In this document: positions 1 through 13,608 of the stretch, in pieces | How positions within the stretch are numbered: the first letter of the stretch is position 1 | Layout of the letters: each line of letters starts with the position of its first letter | NCBI RefSeq assembly: GCF_004010195.1 | Contig: NC_057718.1 | Location: 70,790,580-70,854,579 of the forward strand | DNA from: Chiloscyllium plagiosum | Lineage: Eukaryota | Reading direction: 5' to 3' | Length of the DNA stretch: 64,000 nucleotides | Program-made: the position numbers and the translations under genes | Notes under the pieces: model-generated | What the model was told of the DNA's origin: nothing | The model's database searches: none | The model's input: only the letters and a program-made list of their open reading frames with translations

Positions 1-330
1 GGCTGAGTGGTGGTCTTATAGAAGTTTATAAAATCATGAGGGGCATGAATAGGGTCAGTAGCCAAGGTCTTTCTCCCTGTGTAGGGGAGGCCAAAGAGGG
101 CACAATTTTAAAGTGAGAGGGGAAAGATTTAAATTGGACCTGAGAGGCAACTTGTTCATGCGGAGAGTGGTGGAGACAGGTACAATTATAACAGTTTAAA
201 GACATCTGAATGGGTACATGAAAATGAAGGGCTAAAAGGATGCTGGTAAATGGTCCTGGATCAGTTTAGGATATCTGGTCAGCATGGATCTGGAATTGGA
301 AGGAAGGGTCTGTTTCTGAGCTGTACAACT
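1..330 (+). mobile_element. CR1/HER1 LINE 3' end
   Basis: Degenerate ...LIEVYKIMRG...RGHNFKVRGERF coding tail plus a CR1-type 3' UTR. Confidence 0.85.
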
Positions 331-969
331 CTAAGACACTTAAGGTGCATACTTTACCCCTACTTGCATGTGTCCTATTTTCCAGAAAGTGGAATAATAA
401 AATACAAATTAGACAAATTCAATTGCACATTTAGAGCTGGAGACCACCCAAATTCCCACACAAAACAAGTGCCAAAGCACTTGTTAGATGAGCTAACTGG
501 CATTTCTGAACAAAAGCACATCAAATATTGAAGGTGCCAACAGCTCTAGGAGGTATTTGTTAGTCTTTACTGATCAAAACCTATCAAATATGGGTTATTC
601 ATTTCTAGACATGGTCCTTTCGACAATACAAATTAACTGAAACCTTTTCATTATATAAAGTGCACAGCCATACTGCAATCAACATGAATAAACTTCATGG
701 GTCCTGAGAGATTATTTTGCAGGATATTCATGCTTGGTAAACATTTGCCCAAATCTTTGTTTCCAGAATAGAGAGGTGATGAATCTCAGGAAGTGTGCAT
801 CAGCATTGTGCAGAACTCTTGATGCGTATTTATACATGAATAATAGCAGAGAAAGTTTAAATATCTAATGGGCTGATTCCCTGCTTCCAAAGAATTTCTG
901 CAAACACCTTGAGAAAGGTGATGCTGAGCTGCCTTCTTAAATGGCTGGAGTTAAGAAATCAGTAAGAAT

Positions 970-1305
970 CCCTACAGTGCAGAGACCATTGGGCCTATCA
1001 AGTCCTTTCCCACCACCCAAAGACTTTCCCAACCAAACCCAAAGCCCCCATCCTATCCCCGCAACCTCACATTGGTCATGGCTAATCCACCTTGCCAGGA
1101 CATCCCTGCACAACATGAGGCAATTTAACACAGCTAATCCACCGAACCTGCATATCTTCAGGCTGTGCAAGGAAACCAAAATACCTGGCAAAAACCCACA
1201 CAGACAAGCGCAGAATGTGCAAATTCCACATAGTCACCCAAATCTGGAACCAAGGTCCCTGATCCTGAGAGGCAGTAGTGTTATCCATTGAGCCACCACA
1301 CTGCC
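970..1305 (-). mobile_element. HE1 V-SINE, degraded
   Basis: Reverse-complement homologue of 10821-11135. Confidence 0.85.
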
Positions 1306-1839
1306 CCTGTCCATGATACCGAATGTTGCCGAGAAAGGAGTTCAGAGTTTGACCCAGTAGCAATAAAGGAACAGCAGTATAGTTCCAAATCAGGATGGCA
1401 TATGGCTTGCAGGGGAGCTAGAAGGTTGTGTGCTTAAGTGCATCTGCTGCATTTTATTTTTCTAGGCAGTACAGATTGTGTGTTCATAAGGGCTGCCAAA
1501 AGAGCTTTGATAAGCAGTGCAATTTGTAGGTTCTACACACTGTAACCACTTTGTGTCAGTGATGAGGAGTAAATGTTGAAGGTGGAAGATGGGATCTTAA
1601 TCAGCTGCCTTGACCTGAATGGTGTTGAGATTTTTGACTGCCATTGGAGATGCACCCATCAAGGTGATGGAGAGTACTTGATCACACTCTTGTGACTTGT
1701 AGATGAAGGACAGGCTCTGAGGAGACAGCTGAATCACTCAACAATGAACATGCTCTCATATGGCCAATGATGGAAGAAAGATCATTGATGAAGAAGCTGA
1801 ATATGCTGGACCTAGAACACTACCCTGAGAAACTGGGCC

Positions 1840-4420
1840 AGACAGAGGGGTAGTGTTTCCTGATTAATAAGAAATGCAATTAAATTAATAGTAAGAAACA
1901 AAGTAGGAATAGATGGTATAGAATCCATGTGGGTAGCATTGAGGAACCGCAAAGGTAAAAAAGCCATAATTGGAGTTATGTACAAGCCTCCAAACAGTAG
2001 TCAGGAGCTGGATCAGGAAATAGAAAAGATGGCAATAGGAAAGACAAAGTTACAGTGATCATGGGGCATTTCAATATGCATGTGGGCTGGGAAAATCAGG
2101 TTGGTAGTGGATTGCAAGAAAAGGAATTTGTGGAATGTCTTCGAGCTGCTTTTTGGAGTAGCTAGTGGTAGGGCCCACTAAGGAACAGGCAGTACTGGAT
2201 TTAGTGCTGTGTAACAAGGCAGGCTTGATAAGGGAGCTTAAGGTGAAAGCACCCTGAGGAGGCAGTAATCATAATATGATTGAATTTACTCTGTAAATTG
2301 AGAGGGAGAAGATAGGATCAGAGGTAACTGTATTATAGCAGAACAAAGACAGAGGCATAAGGAAGGAGCTGGATAGAATTGACTGGGAGAGGAGCTTAGC
2401 AGGAAAGACAGTGGGACAGCAATGGCAGGAGTTTCTGGGAGAATTCAGGAAGCTTCATCCCGAGGTAAAAGACACATGGGTACAGGAAGGATGAGACAAC
2501 CATGGCTGACTAGGGAAGTCAAGGATAGCATAAAAGCAAAACAGAAAGCATATAATTTGGTAAAGGAGAGTGGGAAATCAGAGGATTAGTAAGTTTCCAA
2601 AGACCTACTGAAGGCAACAAAAAAAGAAATAATGATAGAGAAGATTAAATATGAGGGTAAGCTAACCAGTAAAATAAAGGAAGACTGTAAAAGTTCCTTT
2701 AGATATATTAAGGGCAAAAGAGAGTCAAATGTGGACATTGTACTCTCATTTTTAAATGACGCTGAAGAGGTAGAGGTGGGGAATAAGGAAATGGCTGAGG
2801 AACTGAATAGTTACTTCGTGTCAGTTTCACGGTGAAAAACATGAGTAATATCCTAAAAATTTAAGAGAGTGAGAGCTGAATATGGTGGTCATCATCAAGG
2901 AGAAGGTGCTAGAAAAACTGAATGGCCTGAAGGATCATTTGGACTACACCCCAATGTTCTAAGGGCCAAAAAAGATATTAGAGATGTTAGTGGTGATCTT
3001 TCCAGAAAAACTGGAGTCAGGGAGGGTCACAGAGGACTGGAAAATTGCTAATGTGACACCCCTGTTTAAAAGGGAAGTAAAGCAAAAGATGGAAAATTAC
3101 AGATCGATTCATCTAAACTTGGTAGTCGGTAAGATCCTGGAATCCATTGTGAAGAATGAGATTTCTGAATACTTGGAAGTATATGGTAAAATAGGGCAAA
3201 GTCAGCATGGTTTCATGAAGTGGAGGTGATTTCTGACAAATCTGCTAGAATTCTTTGAGAAAGTAATGAGCAGGTTAACCAAGGGGAGCCAATGGATGTT
3301 ATCTACCTGGACTTTAAGAAGGCCTTTAACAAAGTGGCGCAGAGGTGGCTGATGAGTAAGATAAGGACCCATCGTGTCAGAGGCAAGGAGCTAGCATGGA
3401 TAGAATCTTGGCTGTCTGACAGAAAACATAGAGTGGGGATAAAAGGGTCTTTCTCAGGATGGCAGCCGATGACAAGTCGTGTTCCACAAGGCTCTGTGTT
3501 GGGACCACAACTTTTCACTTTATACATTAATGATCTAGATGAAGGAACTAGCATTCTGGCTAAGTTTGCAGATGATACAAACATAGGTAGAAGGACAGGT
3601 AGCATTGAGCTGGCAGGGAGGCTACAGAAAGTTTTTGACAGATTAGGAGAGTGGGCAAAGAAGTGGCGGATAGAGTATAATGTGGGAAAGTGTGAGGAAG
3701 AATAGAGGCATGGACTATTTTCTGAATGGGGAGTAAACTCAGAAGTCTCAAGGCAACTTGCAGATTGAGTCAGTCGTTAAGAAGGCAAATGCAATGATGT
3801 CATTTATTTTGAGAGGACTTGAATATAAAAATAGGGATGTACTTTTGAGGCTCTATAAAGCTCTGATCAGACCACACATGGAGTATCGTGTGCAGTTTTG
3901 GTACACATATCTCAGGAAGGATGTACAGGCTCAGGAGCATGTTCAGAGGAGGTTCATAAGAATGGTCCCAGGAATGGAAAACTTAACATATGAGGAATGT
4001 TTGAGGACTCTGGGTCTATACTCAATGGAATTTAGAAGAATGAGAGGGGATCTAATAGAAACTTACAGAATACTGAATGATCTGGACAGAGTGGATTTGG
4101 GAAGTTGTTTCCATTAGTAGGAGAGACAAGGACCCAAGACCGCAGGCTAAAAGTAAAGCGAAGCTCCTTTAGAACAGAGATAAGGAAAAACTTCATTAGC
4201 CAGTGAGTGGTGAATTTGTGGAATTCATTGCCACATAGGACTGTGGAGGCCAGATCATTGAACATATTTAAGACAGTGATAGATAAGTTCTTAATTGCCA
4301 AGGAGATCAAAGATCACGGGGAGAAAGTGGGAAAATGGGGTTGAAAAACCTATCAGCCATGATCAAATGGTGGAGCAGACTCAATGGGCTGAATGCACTA
4401 ATTTTTCCTTCTATGTCTTA
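1840..4420 (+). mobile_element. CR1/HER1 LINE ORF2 (endonuclease part, RT, 3' UTR)
   Basis: DWKIANVTPLFK, VIYLDFKKAF, VPQGSVLGP, AKFADDT; many stops. Confidence 0.95.
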
Positions 4421-5629
4421 TGGTTTTCCACAGTTCAAGTCCCCCTGCTGCAGAGGTGTGTAACAACATCCCTGAACAGGTTGATTAGAAAATATCTACT
4501 CTGTGAAACTTTTAGAGAAATACCCTACAAAAGACGTGATTTCCCACCACTAATCAAAACCAATTTGTGCTCGACGTGACTTTTCAAGTTGTGGAGAGGT
4601 TTCCCCCCTCCTCTGCACTGAGCCCCTTGATACCTCACTCAGTGATATGCTGCCTTGATATCAAGTCTCCCTCACCTCATCTTTTTTCAATTCATTCACG
4701 GGATGTGAGCATCGCTGGCTAGACCAGCATTTATTGCCTATCCTTGATTGTCTAGAGGAGGGCAATCAAGTACGTTACCGTACCAGATTCTTTTAATGAC
4801 AATTGACAGTGGTTACATGGTAGCCATTAGGCCAGGTCTTTATTCCAGAATTGCTTTTTACTGAATTCAAATTTTACCATTTGCCATGGTAGAATTCAAG
4901 TCCCGGAACTTAGCCTGGGATTCTGGATTGCTCGTCCACTACATTGCCCCAACTTTGGAATTCAGCTGCTTTGTCTATGTTTGGATCAAGGCTGCAATGA
5001 GATCAGGAGTTGGGTCAGAACCCAACGACTGCCAATGAGCAGTTTACTGCTAAATAATGATACTTTCTTCCATCACTTCCCTGATAAATTGAAAGTCAAT
5101 CAATGTGGCAATAATTGACTGAGTTTAATTTGTGCTGCTTATTTTGCAAACAGAGCAAACCCACGCAATTTTCCACATTTCCCAATAGATGCTGGTGTTG
5201 CAACTGGATTAACACCAGAACATTACTAGGATCCACTCCCTTTGCAGTTCCAGTATCCAGTTGCTTCAATGTTTCTTAATACCATGTGGAGTGAACCAAG
5301 TTGCCCATGACTAGCAGCTGTGATGCTAGGGACTTCAGGAGGAAACTTGGGCTCGATAAGAATAAGAAATAGGTGGTGTAAACCTTTCATCTTCAATTAT
5401 CGCCTCAAGCTCGCGACGCCTTCAACAAGATCATGGATCATAGTTCAATATTCCCCCGCTAGTGTAAACATCTTCTCAACAGCTAAGAGAATGGGAGAAC
5501 TACAGATGCTGAAGAGTCAGAGTCAAAAGGTGTGGTGCTGGAAAAGCACAGCAGGTCAGGCAGCATTCAAAAGCAGGAGAGTCAATGTTTTGGGCATAAG
5601 CCCTTCGTTAGAATCTTGCATATTTTAAA

Positions 5630-7280
5630 ACGATCATTCCTCATTGTCCTAAACTGTAATGAATAAAGACCTAACCCTGTTTAGCTGTTCTTGATAAGTC
5701 AACCCCAGGAATCAGCCCAGTGAATCTGTTTTGAACCACTTCCAATGACAATACATCCTTTCTTAAATACAGTGATGCAAAACTATATAAAATATCCCTT
5801 ATTAACATCCTATGCAGTTGTAACAAGATTCTCCTAGTTTAAAACTCTGATCCCCACGTAATGAAGGCCAAAATTCCATTTACATCCTTAATTACTTGCT
5901 GCACCTGCATGCTAATGTTGTGTTTCATGCACAAGAACATCAAGATCCCTCTGAACTTTTTGGTCTCTCTCTCTCTGTACTTAAATAATAGTCCACCTTC
6001 CTACCAAAGTGCATGACCTTACACTTTCCTTCTTTAAATGCCATCTGCCAAGTTTTTGCCCACGCACTCAGCTTATCGATATCCACTTGCCCTTATCACA
6101 ACATGTCCTTTCACCTATTTCATACAAGTATTTAGCTAAATACCTGAGTAAATAATTAACTACCGTCTGATAAACTGACAACACCCCCAGTCAGACCAGA
6201 CTACATCTTGAACGGGTTTTGGACTGGGGACAAATGCGAGCAGTCGGCGGCTTGCAAGCTCAACCAGACAGGTGAAAGCCCCTGCATTGATCTACTGCAG
6301 GCCCTTCATAAAAAGACAATAATGGTTAACTACATTTCTTTTTTTTCCCAATCTATTCTATGAATATGCTTTGTACCTAAAATGACACGGTATGAGGCAA
6401 CATTGTAAAGTTTTCTCTTCTGTGCTTGAGTACACATGACAATAAAAGTCACTCCCAGTGATAATAAACCCAATTCGAATTCTATTCTTAGAAGGAGATT
6501 GTTCAATTTATCAAATATATGTCAGAACATGTAACATTAAACAGTGCAGCAGAGGAACAGGCCATTTGGCCTGGCCCGTCAATACTAACTATGATGCTAT
6601 TCTAAATCAATCCTATCTGCCTGCACATGGTCTGTATCCCTCTATTCTCTGCCTGTTCATGCGCCTCTTAAACTTTGCTATTGTATCAGTTTCTACCACC
6701 GCCCATGGCACATTCCAGGCATCTACTCCCTCTGTGTAAAAAAACTTTCCTCACACATTTCCTTTAAACATTTCCCTTCTCACCTTAAACCTATGTCCCC
6801 TAGTATATGACATTTCCACTCTGGGAAAGAGACCCTGACAATACACCCTATCAATGTGTCTTATAGTTTTATAATCTCCAAGTTTGTCCAACCTTTTCTT
6901 ACAGCTAAGGTTCTTACAATCTTTTTCTTACAATCCAGGCAATGTCCTGGTAAATCCCTTCTCCACCTTCTCCAAAGCCTCCACATCCTTTGTGGTGTGG
7001 CAACCAGAATAGTGCACAGTACTCCAAATGTAACCTGAACAAAATCTCATACAAGTGCAGTATGACTTGTCAACATTTATACTCAATGATGAAGGGAAGT
7101 ATGCCATATGCCTTCCTTAACTTGTGTTACGACTTTCAGGGAGCTATGGACTCGAACCTAAAGATCCCTCTATATATCAACGCTCCTAAGAGTCTGGCTA
7201 TCTACAGTCTATTTGCCTTTTACATCCTCCTCCTCCAACTTCCAAAATGCATCACCTCACACTTGTCCAGATTACACTGT
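5630..7280 (-). mobile_element. Two degraded CR1 fragments with another LINE-like tail (~6160-6450) between them
   Basis: Reverse complement of CR1 ORF2 C-terminal motifs, e.g. LEYCALFWLPH and CEVMHFG. Confidence 0.75.
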
Positions 7281-7380
7281 CGGCACAGAAATCTAGTCAG
7301 CCCGAATCACCCCCTTTTGTCTCAAAACTCTAAGTGTTTGCTTCAGGAGCTTTCCAGCCAGAGTGCTTAGTCTGACAACT

Positions 7381-7580
7381 AAAATAAGGAGTGTGGAGAT
7401 GGAAAAAACACAGCAAGTCATGCAGCATCAGAGGAGCAGGGCAGTCGATGCTTCAGGGCAGAACATTTCATCAGGACTGGTAAAACGTTCCAGGCTGAAA
7501 CATTGACTCCTCTGCTCCTCTGATACTGCTTGACCTGCTGTGTTTTTTCCACCTTCATACTCCATCATCTCTGAGTTTCT
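7381..7580. mobile_element. Older fold-back PLE-terminus insertion
   Basis: Inverted arms homologous to the family-1 terminus, with a degenerate ctgatgaa..gaa core. Confidence 0.75.
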
Positions 7581-9837
7581 GCTGCCATGCAGAATAAAAA
7601 ATTACTGTGTAAATTTAAGAAGCTGTCATTTGACAGAATTTTGTCAGGCGAGCAGGGAATAGTTACAAATTGTACGCAGTCCTCACTATCTCTAAGTAAA
7701 ATAGGGATATAACTAACAGTTTCTGTTGCATCTCCATGTCAACAAAGGCCCAATCAATCAGCATTCTCTTCCCATGCTATGTGTATTAGTGTCCCTTTAT
7801 TCAAATCTCATCCTTGCATCCTATTGCCTGATGAGTGCAACATGAAAAGCTTTGACTTGTTGTCTCCCTTCAACAATCCAAGTTCTGTACTACCAAGCAA
7901 CCTTTTAAGTACACATGTTTCATCAACAGTCCAATTTGGAAAGTCTTGCAAATGCTGATGTTGCAAAGTTTATAAATACTAAATGTAGATTTAATATGTT
8001 TGCTATTTTTGCAGATATGTCTTTAACACAAACACATGGTACTAAGCAGCTGTGCAAAAACAATGTAGCACAAGCAATGTAGATGAAGCAATTTGTCAAT
8101 TAGAATTTCTACCCTGCCAAGTCCAGACTTCAGTCTAGAATATTTCACATTATATTGAGCATGTGTTTTAATTGCATATTTTATTTATTTTCTGGGTGGA
8201 AGTGTGAAAGAGGCAGGAAAAAGAACACTTGTGAGCAATATCCTGTTCAAACTTTCAGAATGCAATGGGCAAACTCTTACTATCTTTAAAATGTTTAGGT
8301 GTTGGGACTAATTCCTGACTCCACTGTTGTCAGATGGTGTCATTATCTTCTTTAACTTAATGAGGGGTTCCCACAATATTTCCTATCCAATTAAGAACAG
8401 GCGGCCATATCAAACAGCCCACAGGACTGAAAGCCCCATGGACAGAGGTGAGCACTGCTGACACAGGTAGAGGGCCACAAATATAGCTCAAAACAGAGAG
8501 ACATTCTGAAGCATGGTAGAAAATTCAAAATGAATAATCCCACAGTTATCAGGGCCATCACAGCACCTTCAAATGGTTGCCAGTGATTGTGAGGTTCTCA
8601 TCCAAATAGCTCTGCAACTGACGAAAATGAGAAATCAATAGTCCTTCAATCTGCTCCTAAGAGGCTGCCTCCAGGTCTCTAGCAGCAATTACGTAGAGGC
8701 CTAGCATGTTCTGGAAATGGTCCCAGTCTGACTTAAAGCCTCAATTGCACTAATTGGCTGTTTCCTTCTGTGGAGTAAGCTTACTGAGGCAGGGACATAC
8801 TGAGAACAGATCTGTGCACAAATTGTAATTATTCCCTGCTTGCCTGACAAAACTCTGTCCAATGGCAGTTTTTTAACTTTACACAATAATTTTTTATTCT
8901 ACATGGCAGTAGAAATAATGGATGAAATTTTAATTTTACAGCTCCACACACAGTACATGCTCACTAACAGGCCAAAAGCAGTTTATAATTGGACTGGGCT
9001 TTGCCCCGGCTTTCTAACACAAAAAGCTTAAGCATTTCATTTCCATGTTTCCCAAACAATTACAAAAGGTGGGTAAATGTTGTGCTGTATCTGTCAAAGG
9101 AAGACTTTACACTGCAAAAGATGCCAGTAGAGGTTAGAATGGCAAAATTTTCAGCAACCACAATAATGAAAACGGGACGTGGGATGCTTGTATCCAAGTC
9201 TGACTCAGATACTGAAATGAGATCGTATTTCTCACTTAATTTCATACCAAGCAGGTTTGGATGGAAGTGGCTGAGGAAATTAATTGCAGTAGGATGGGGT
9301 GCAGGCAGCCTAAATATAGTGCATAGGAGGTTACAGAACTTCAGGACAGTGCAGAGGAATAGCTTAGCACTTTCAGAACAATTCCTCAGATTCTAACTTT
9401 CCCAGCATTTTCTGAACAGACCTCCTCAGGCTGACACACCTAGAAATTCCAGTCATCCTTCCTCAAGGCACTTCCACAAATCCTCACCTTAACAATGGTA
9501 CATCCTCTCACATAGACTGGGCAGATGATGTAAAGTTGATAGCACAGTTGTCTATAGTCAACAGGAACTTGCCCTGGGAATCCTCAATATTGACACTGGA
9601 TGTCTATGAAGTCTCATGGCATCAGACCAAACATAGACAAAGAACCTCTGCTCATTACCAACTGCTGCTCATCCTCAGCCAAGAAATCAGTATTTCTCCA
9701 CATTGGGCACCATTCTGGAGAAGCACTGACAGTCATAATGGCACATGGTATCCTCTGTGTGTGCATCTTCAACATCCATTACCAAGAGTGGCTCCATAAC
9801 ACCATTATTGACTAAGCTATTATAGTGCTAAAGGACA

Positions 9838-10183
9838 TGGGGGCAGCAATGACTTAGTCGAAAGTCACTGGGCTAACAACACAGGACACCAGGCCAATGT
9901 TCTAGGGATATCGGTTGAACCCAAGAATGACAGATTTAAAAATTTATATTCAGTGAAATCTGGAATAAAGAACTAGCCTAATGGCAACCACTATCCATTG
10001 TCATAAAAATCCATATAGTTTACTAATATCCTTTAGGGAAGGAAATCTGTCATCTTGACCTGGTCTAATCTACAAGTAATGTTAGACCCAAAGCACTGTG
10101 GATGAGTCTTAACTACCCTCTGGGCAATAAATTGCTGGATTTGCCAATGACACTCAGATTGTACAAATGAGTATTTTAAAAAA
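9838..10183 (+). mobile_element. Second tRNA-derived SINE family (other copies at ~4682-4950 minus and ~58130-58420 minus)
   Basis: The three loci share body motifs (gaaggaaat..., gggcaataaatgctgg...cacatccc) and an A-rich end. Confidence 0.7.
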
Positions 10184-10820
10184 TATCTGTTCGACTGGAT
10201 CTGTAGCAGTTAGTGAGAAAGATAACAAGAGAGAAAAATCTACTGTGTCTCATCCTCACCAATCTACTTATACCAGATGTACCTATCAATGGCAATCTCG
10301 TTAGAAGGAGTGACCACTGTGGAGGCAAAACCCAAAGCTTCACAGAGTCGATGTCCTGCATCATGCTGCATAGCTAAAATGGGATAAATTTCAAACAGAA
10401 TCAGCAACTCATCATCCATCAGCTGCTGTGGGCCATCAGCAGCAAAAGAGCTGTATCAACTACACTCAGTAACCACATGGCCTGACACTTTATCAAGCCA
10501 GAGGAGCAACCTGGTACGTCGAAGACTGCAGGCAGCCATGCCAGAGGTTCACCAAACAAACCTAGAACTCATGGGTCAATCCAGTGAAGATACAGCACAA
10601 GACAACCTCTATGCCAAATAGCAGAACCAGCGATCCAATAAATAGTTAGCAATGCCACAACCATATCCAAACTCTACAAGTCCTGCCAATTCCATAGTGA
10701 ATGGTGGCAGACAATCAAATAACTAATAGGAGGATGTTCCATAAATATCCTTATCTGCAATGATAATGGACCCCAGTACATCAGTGCAAAATTCAAGATT
10801 TGAGACTTTTGCAATCATCT

Positions 10821-11135
10821 TGGGCGGCACGGTGGCACAGTGGTTAGCACTGCTGCCTCACAGCGCCAGAGACCCGGGTTCAATTCCCGCCTCAGGCGAC
10901 TGACTGTGTGGAGTTTGCATGTTCTCCCCGTGTCTGCGTGGGTTTCCTCCGGGTGCTCCGGTTTCCTCCCACAGTCCAAAGATGTGCAGGTCAGGTGAAT
11001 TGGCCATGCTAAATTGCCTGTAGTAATAGGTAAGGGGTAAATGTAGGGGTATGGGTGTGTTGTGCTTCGGCGGGTCGGTGTGGACTTGTTGGGCCGAAGG
11101 GCCTGTTTCCACACTGTAAGTAATCTAATCTAATC
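10821..11135 (+). mobile_element. HE1 V-SINE, young
   Basis: tRNA-like head with A/B boxes (TGGCACAGTGG, GGTTCAATTCC), V-domain GTGGAGTTTGCATGTTCTCCCCGTG, (AATCT)n tail. Confidence 0.95.
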
Positions 11136-11929
11136 TTCAGCCAGAAGTTGGATAACCCATCTCAACATCCCTCTGAAGCCCCCACCATTACAGATGCCAG
11201 TCTTCCGGCAATTCAATTAATTCTATGTCACATCGAAAATATAGGTGGAGTTGTTGAATACAACAGAGACTATGGGACCTGTCAACATTCAATCAATAGT
11301 ACTGAAGATTTATGCTCTAAAACTAACCATGCCCCTAACCAAGCTGCACCAGCTACAATAGATCTACCCAAAGATGTGGATCTCCTGTCCAAAAACTAGA
11401 ACAAATCTAATGTGGCCGACTGCCATTTAACTGAGTATTCCATCAAGGCAAACTGATGGAAGGGGTTATCAACAGTGCAGTCAAGGGACACTTGCCCAAT
11501 AGTAACATGTTCACAGCTACTCAATTTGGGTGCTGCAAGGGGCACTCAACTCCTGACCTCATTACAACCCTGACCCAAGCATGGGCAAAAGAAACAAACT
11601 CCAAAGAATGCCTATCCTTGATATCATGACAGCATTTGACAGAGTATTTGACAGAGTAATGATCCTTATCAAAACTGAAGTCAATGATTCAGGGGGAAAA
11701 TTCTCCATTGGTTGGAGTCATACTCAGCACAAAAGGAAGATGTCTGTAGTTGCTCAGTCTTAGGACATTAGTGCAGGGGTTTCTCAGGGTAGTGTCCCAG
11801 GTCCAACTATTTTAGTTGTTTCATCAATGACCTTCCCTCAATCGCAAGATCAGAAATGGGGTTGTTCATGAAAATACAACATTCAGCACATTCACCATTC
11901 CTAAGATACTGAAGCAACCTATGTCCATA

Positions 11930-12340
11930 CACTTAACGTATGAGGAACATTTGAGGACTCTGGGACGATACGTGATGGAGTTTAGAAGAATGAGGGAGGA
12001 TCTGATTGAAACTTACAGAATACTGAACAGTCTGGTCTAAGTGAACATTGGGAAGATGTTTCCATTGGGAGGAGAGACAAGGACCTGACACCACAGCCAT
12101 CTCTTTAGAATGGAGATAGGGAGAAATTTCTTTAGCCAGAGAGTGGTGAATCTGTGGAATTCATTGCCACAGAGGGCTGTGGAGGCCAGGTCATTGAGTA
12201 TATTTAAGAGAAAGATAGATAAGTTCTTGACTGCCAAAGGGATCAAAGATCATGGGGAGAAAGTGAGAAAACAGGTTGATCAAATGGCAGGGCAGACTCG
12301 ATGGGCTGAATGGCCTAATTTCTGCTCCTATGGTCTTATG
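11930..12340 (+). mobile_element. CR1 3' fragment nested in the old LINE
   Basis: Closely resembles 3985-4420; RNFFSQRVVNLWNSLP. Confidence 0.9.
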
Positions 12341-12898
12341 CAGCAAGACTTGGACAATAATTTGGCTTGGGATGTCAAGTGGTAAGGAACATTTGTTCTA
12401 TACAAGTATCACACATTCACCACCTCCAACAAGAGAGTCTAACCATCTTCCCTTGACATTCAATGGCATCATCAACACTGAATTCTACTTTTTATGCCAA
12501 TCATTATCATGGGAGTTACCACTAACTGAAACATAATTTAACCAGCTACATAAATACAGTGGCTCCAAGAGGAGGTCAGAAAGTAAGAATTCGGCAGCAA
12601 GTAGTACATCTCCTGTCTCCCCAGTGCCTGTCCACCATCTAAAAAATCACAAGTCAGGATAGTACTGAAATTGTCGCTATCAGCTTGGATGGGTGAAACT
12701 CTAACAATTCTCAAGAAACCTATACCAATCAGAACAAAGCAGCCAATTGATTTGTAACCCATCCACTTAGTCCTCTCACAACTGAGACATAGTGGCAGCT
12801 TGTACCATCCACAAGATGCATTGCAGAAACTTACTCAAGCTTGTTTGACAGCATCTTCTAAATATGTACCCTCTCCCACCTAGAAGGACAAGGGTATG

Positions 12899-13608
12899 GG
12901 ACGTCCCTGGTGCTCACCTTTCACCCTACCAACCTTTGCATAAACCAAATCATCCGCCGACATTTCCGCCACCTCCAAACAGACCCCACCACCAGGGATA
13001 TATTTCCCTCCCCACCCCTTTCCGCCTTCCGCAAAGACCATTCCCTCCGTGACTACCTGGTCAGGTCCACGCCTCCCTACAACTCACCCTCCCATCCTGG
13101 CACTTTCCCCTGCCACTGCAGGAACTGTAAAACCTGTGCCCACACCTCCTCCCTCACCTCNNNNNNNNNNNNNNNNNNNNNNNNNNNNNNNNNNNNNNNN
13201 NNNNNNNNNNNNNNNNNNNNNNNNNNNNNNNNNNNNNNNNNNNNNNNNNNNNNNNNNNNNNNNNNNNNNNNNNNNNNNNNNNNNNNNNNNNNNNNNNNNN
13301 NNNNNNNNNNNNNNNNNNNNNNNNNNNNNNNNNNNNNNNNNNNNNNNNNNNNNNNNACCTGCCTATCTCCTTTTCCACCTATCCACTCCACCCTCTCCTC
13401 CCTGACCTATCACCTTCATCCCCTCCCCCACTCACCCATTGTACTCTATGCTACTTCTCCCCACCCCCACCTTCCTCTAGTTTATCTCTCCACGCTCCAG
13501 GCTCACTGCCTTTATTCCTGATGAAGGGCTTTTGCCCGAAACGTCGATTTCGAAGCTCCTTGGATGCTGCCTGAACTGCTGTGCTCTTCCAGCACCACTA
13601 ATCCAGAA
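12899..13608 (+). mobile_element. Young 5'-truncated PLE containing a gap
   Basis: LTFHPTNL...FPCHCRNCKTC; TSD aagggtatg at 12890-12898 and 13609-13617. Confidence 0.95.
13518..13545 (+). ncRNA. Minimal hammerhead ribozyme motif in a PLE terminus
   Basis: CTGATGA-A-GGGC-TTTT-GCCC-GAAA-C-GTC: intact core, 4-bp stem II, palindromic ACGT stem III, GUC site. Activity untested. Confidence 0.75.

Larger units (their letters stand above)
870..5390 (-). mobile_element. Old LINE (second, CR1/L2-group family), fragmented by younger insertions
   Basis: Segments 870-940, 1310-1835 and 4960-5390 are reverse-complement homologues of the LINE at 9480-13760. Confidence 0.65.

Noticed and set aside
8989..9396. 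135-aa ORF and overlapping reverse ORF
   Set aside because: No recognisable motifs or convincing splice context; adjacent to decayed repeats.
10821..10895. tRNA-like sequence with A and B boxes
   Set aside because: It is the head of the HE1 SINE and continues into the V-domain, so it is not a tRNA gene.
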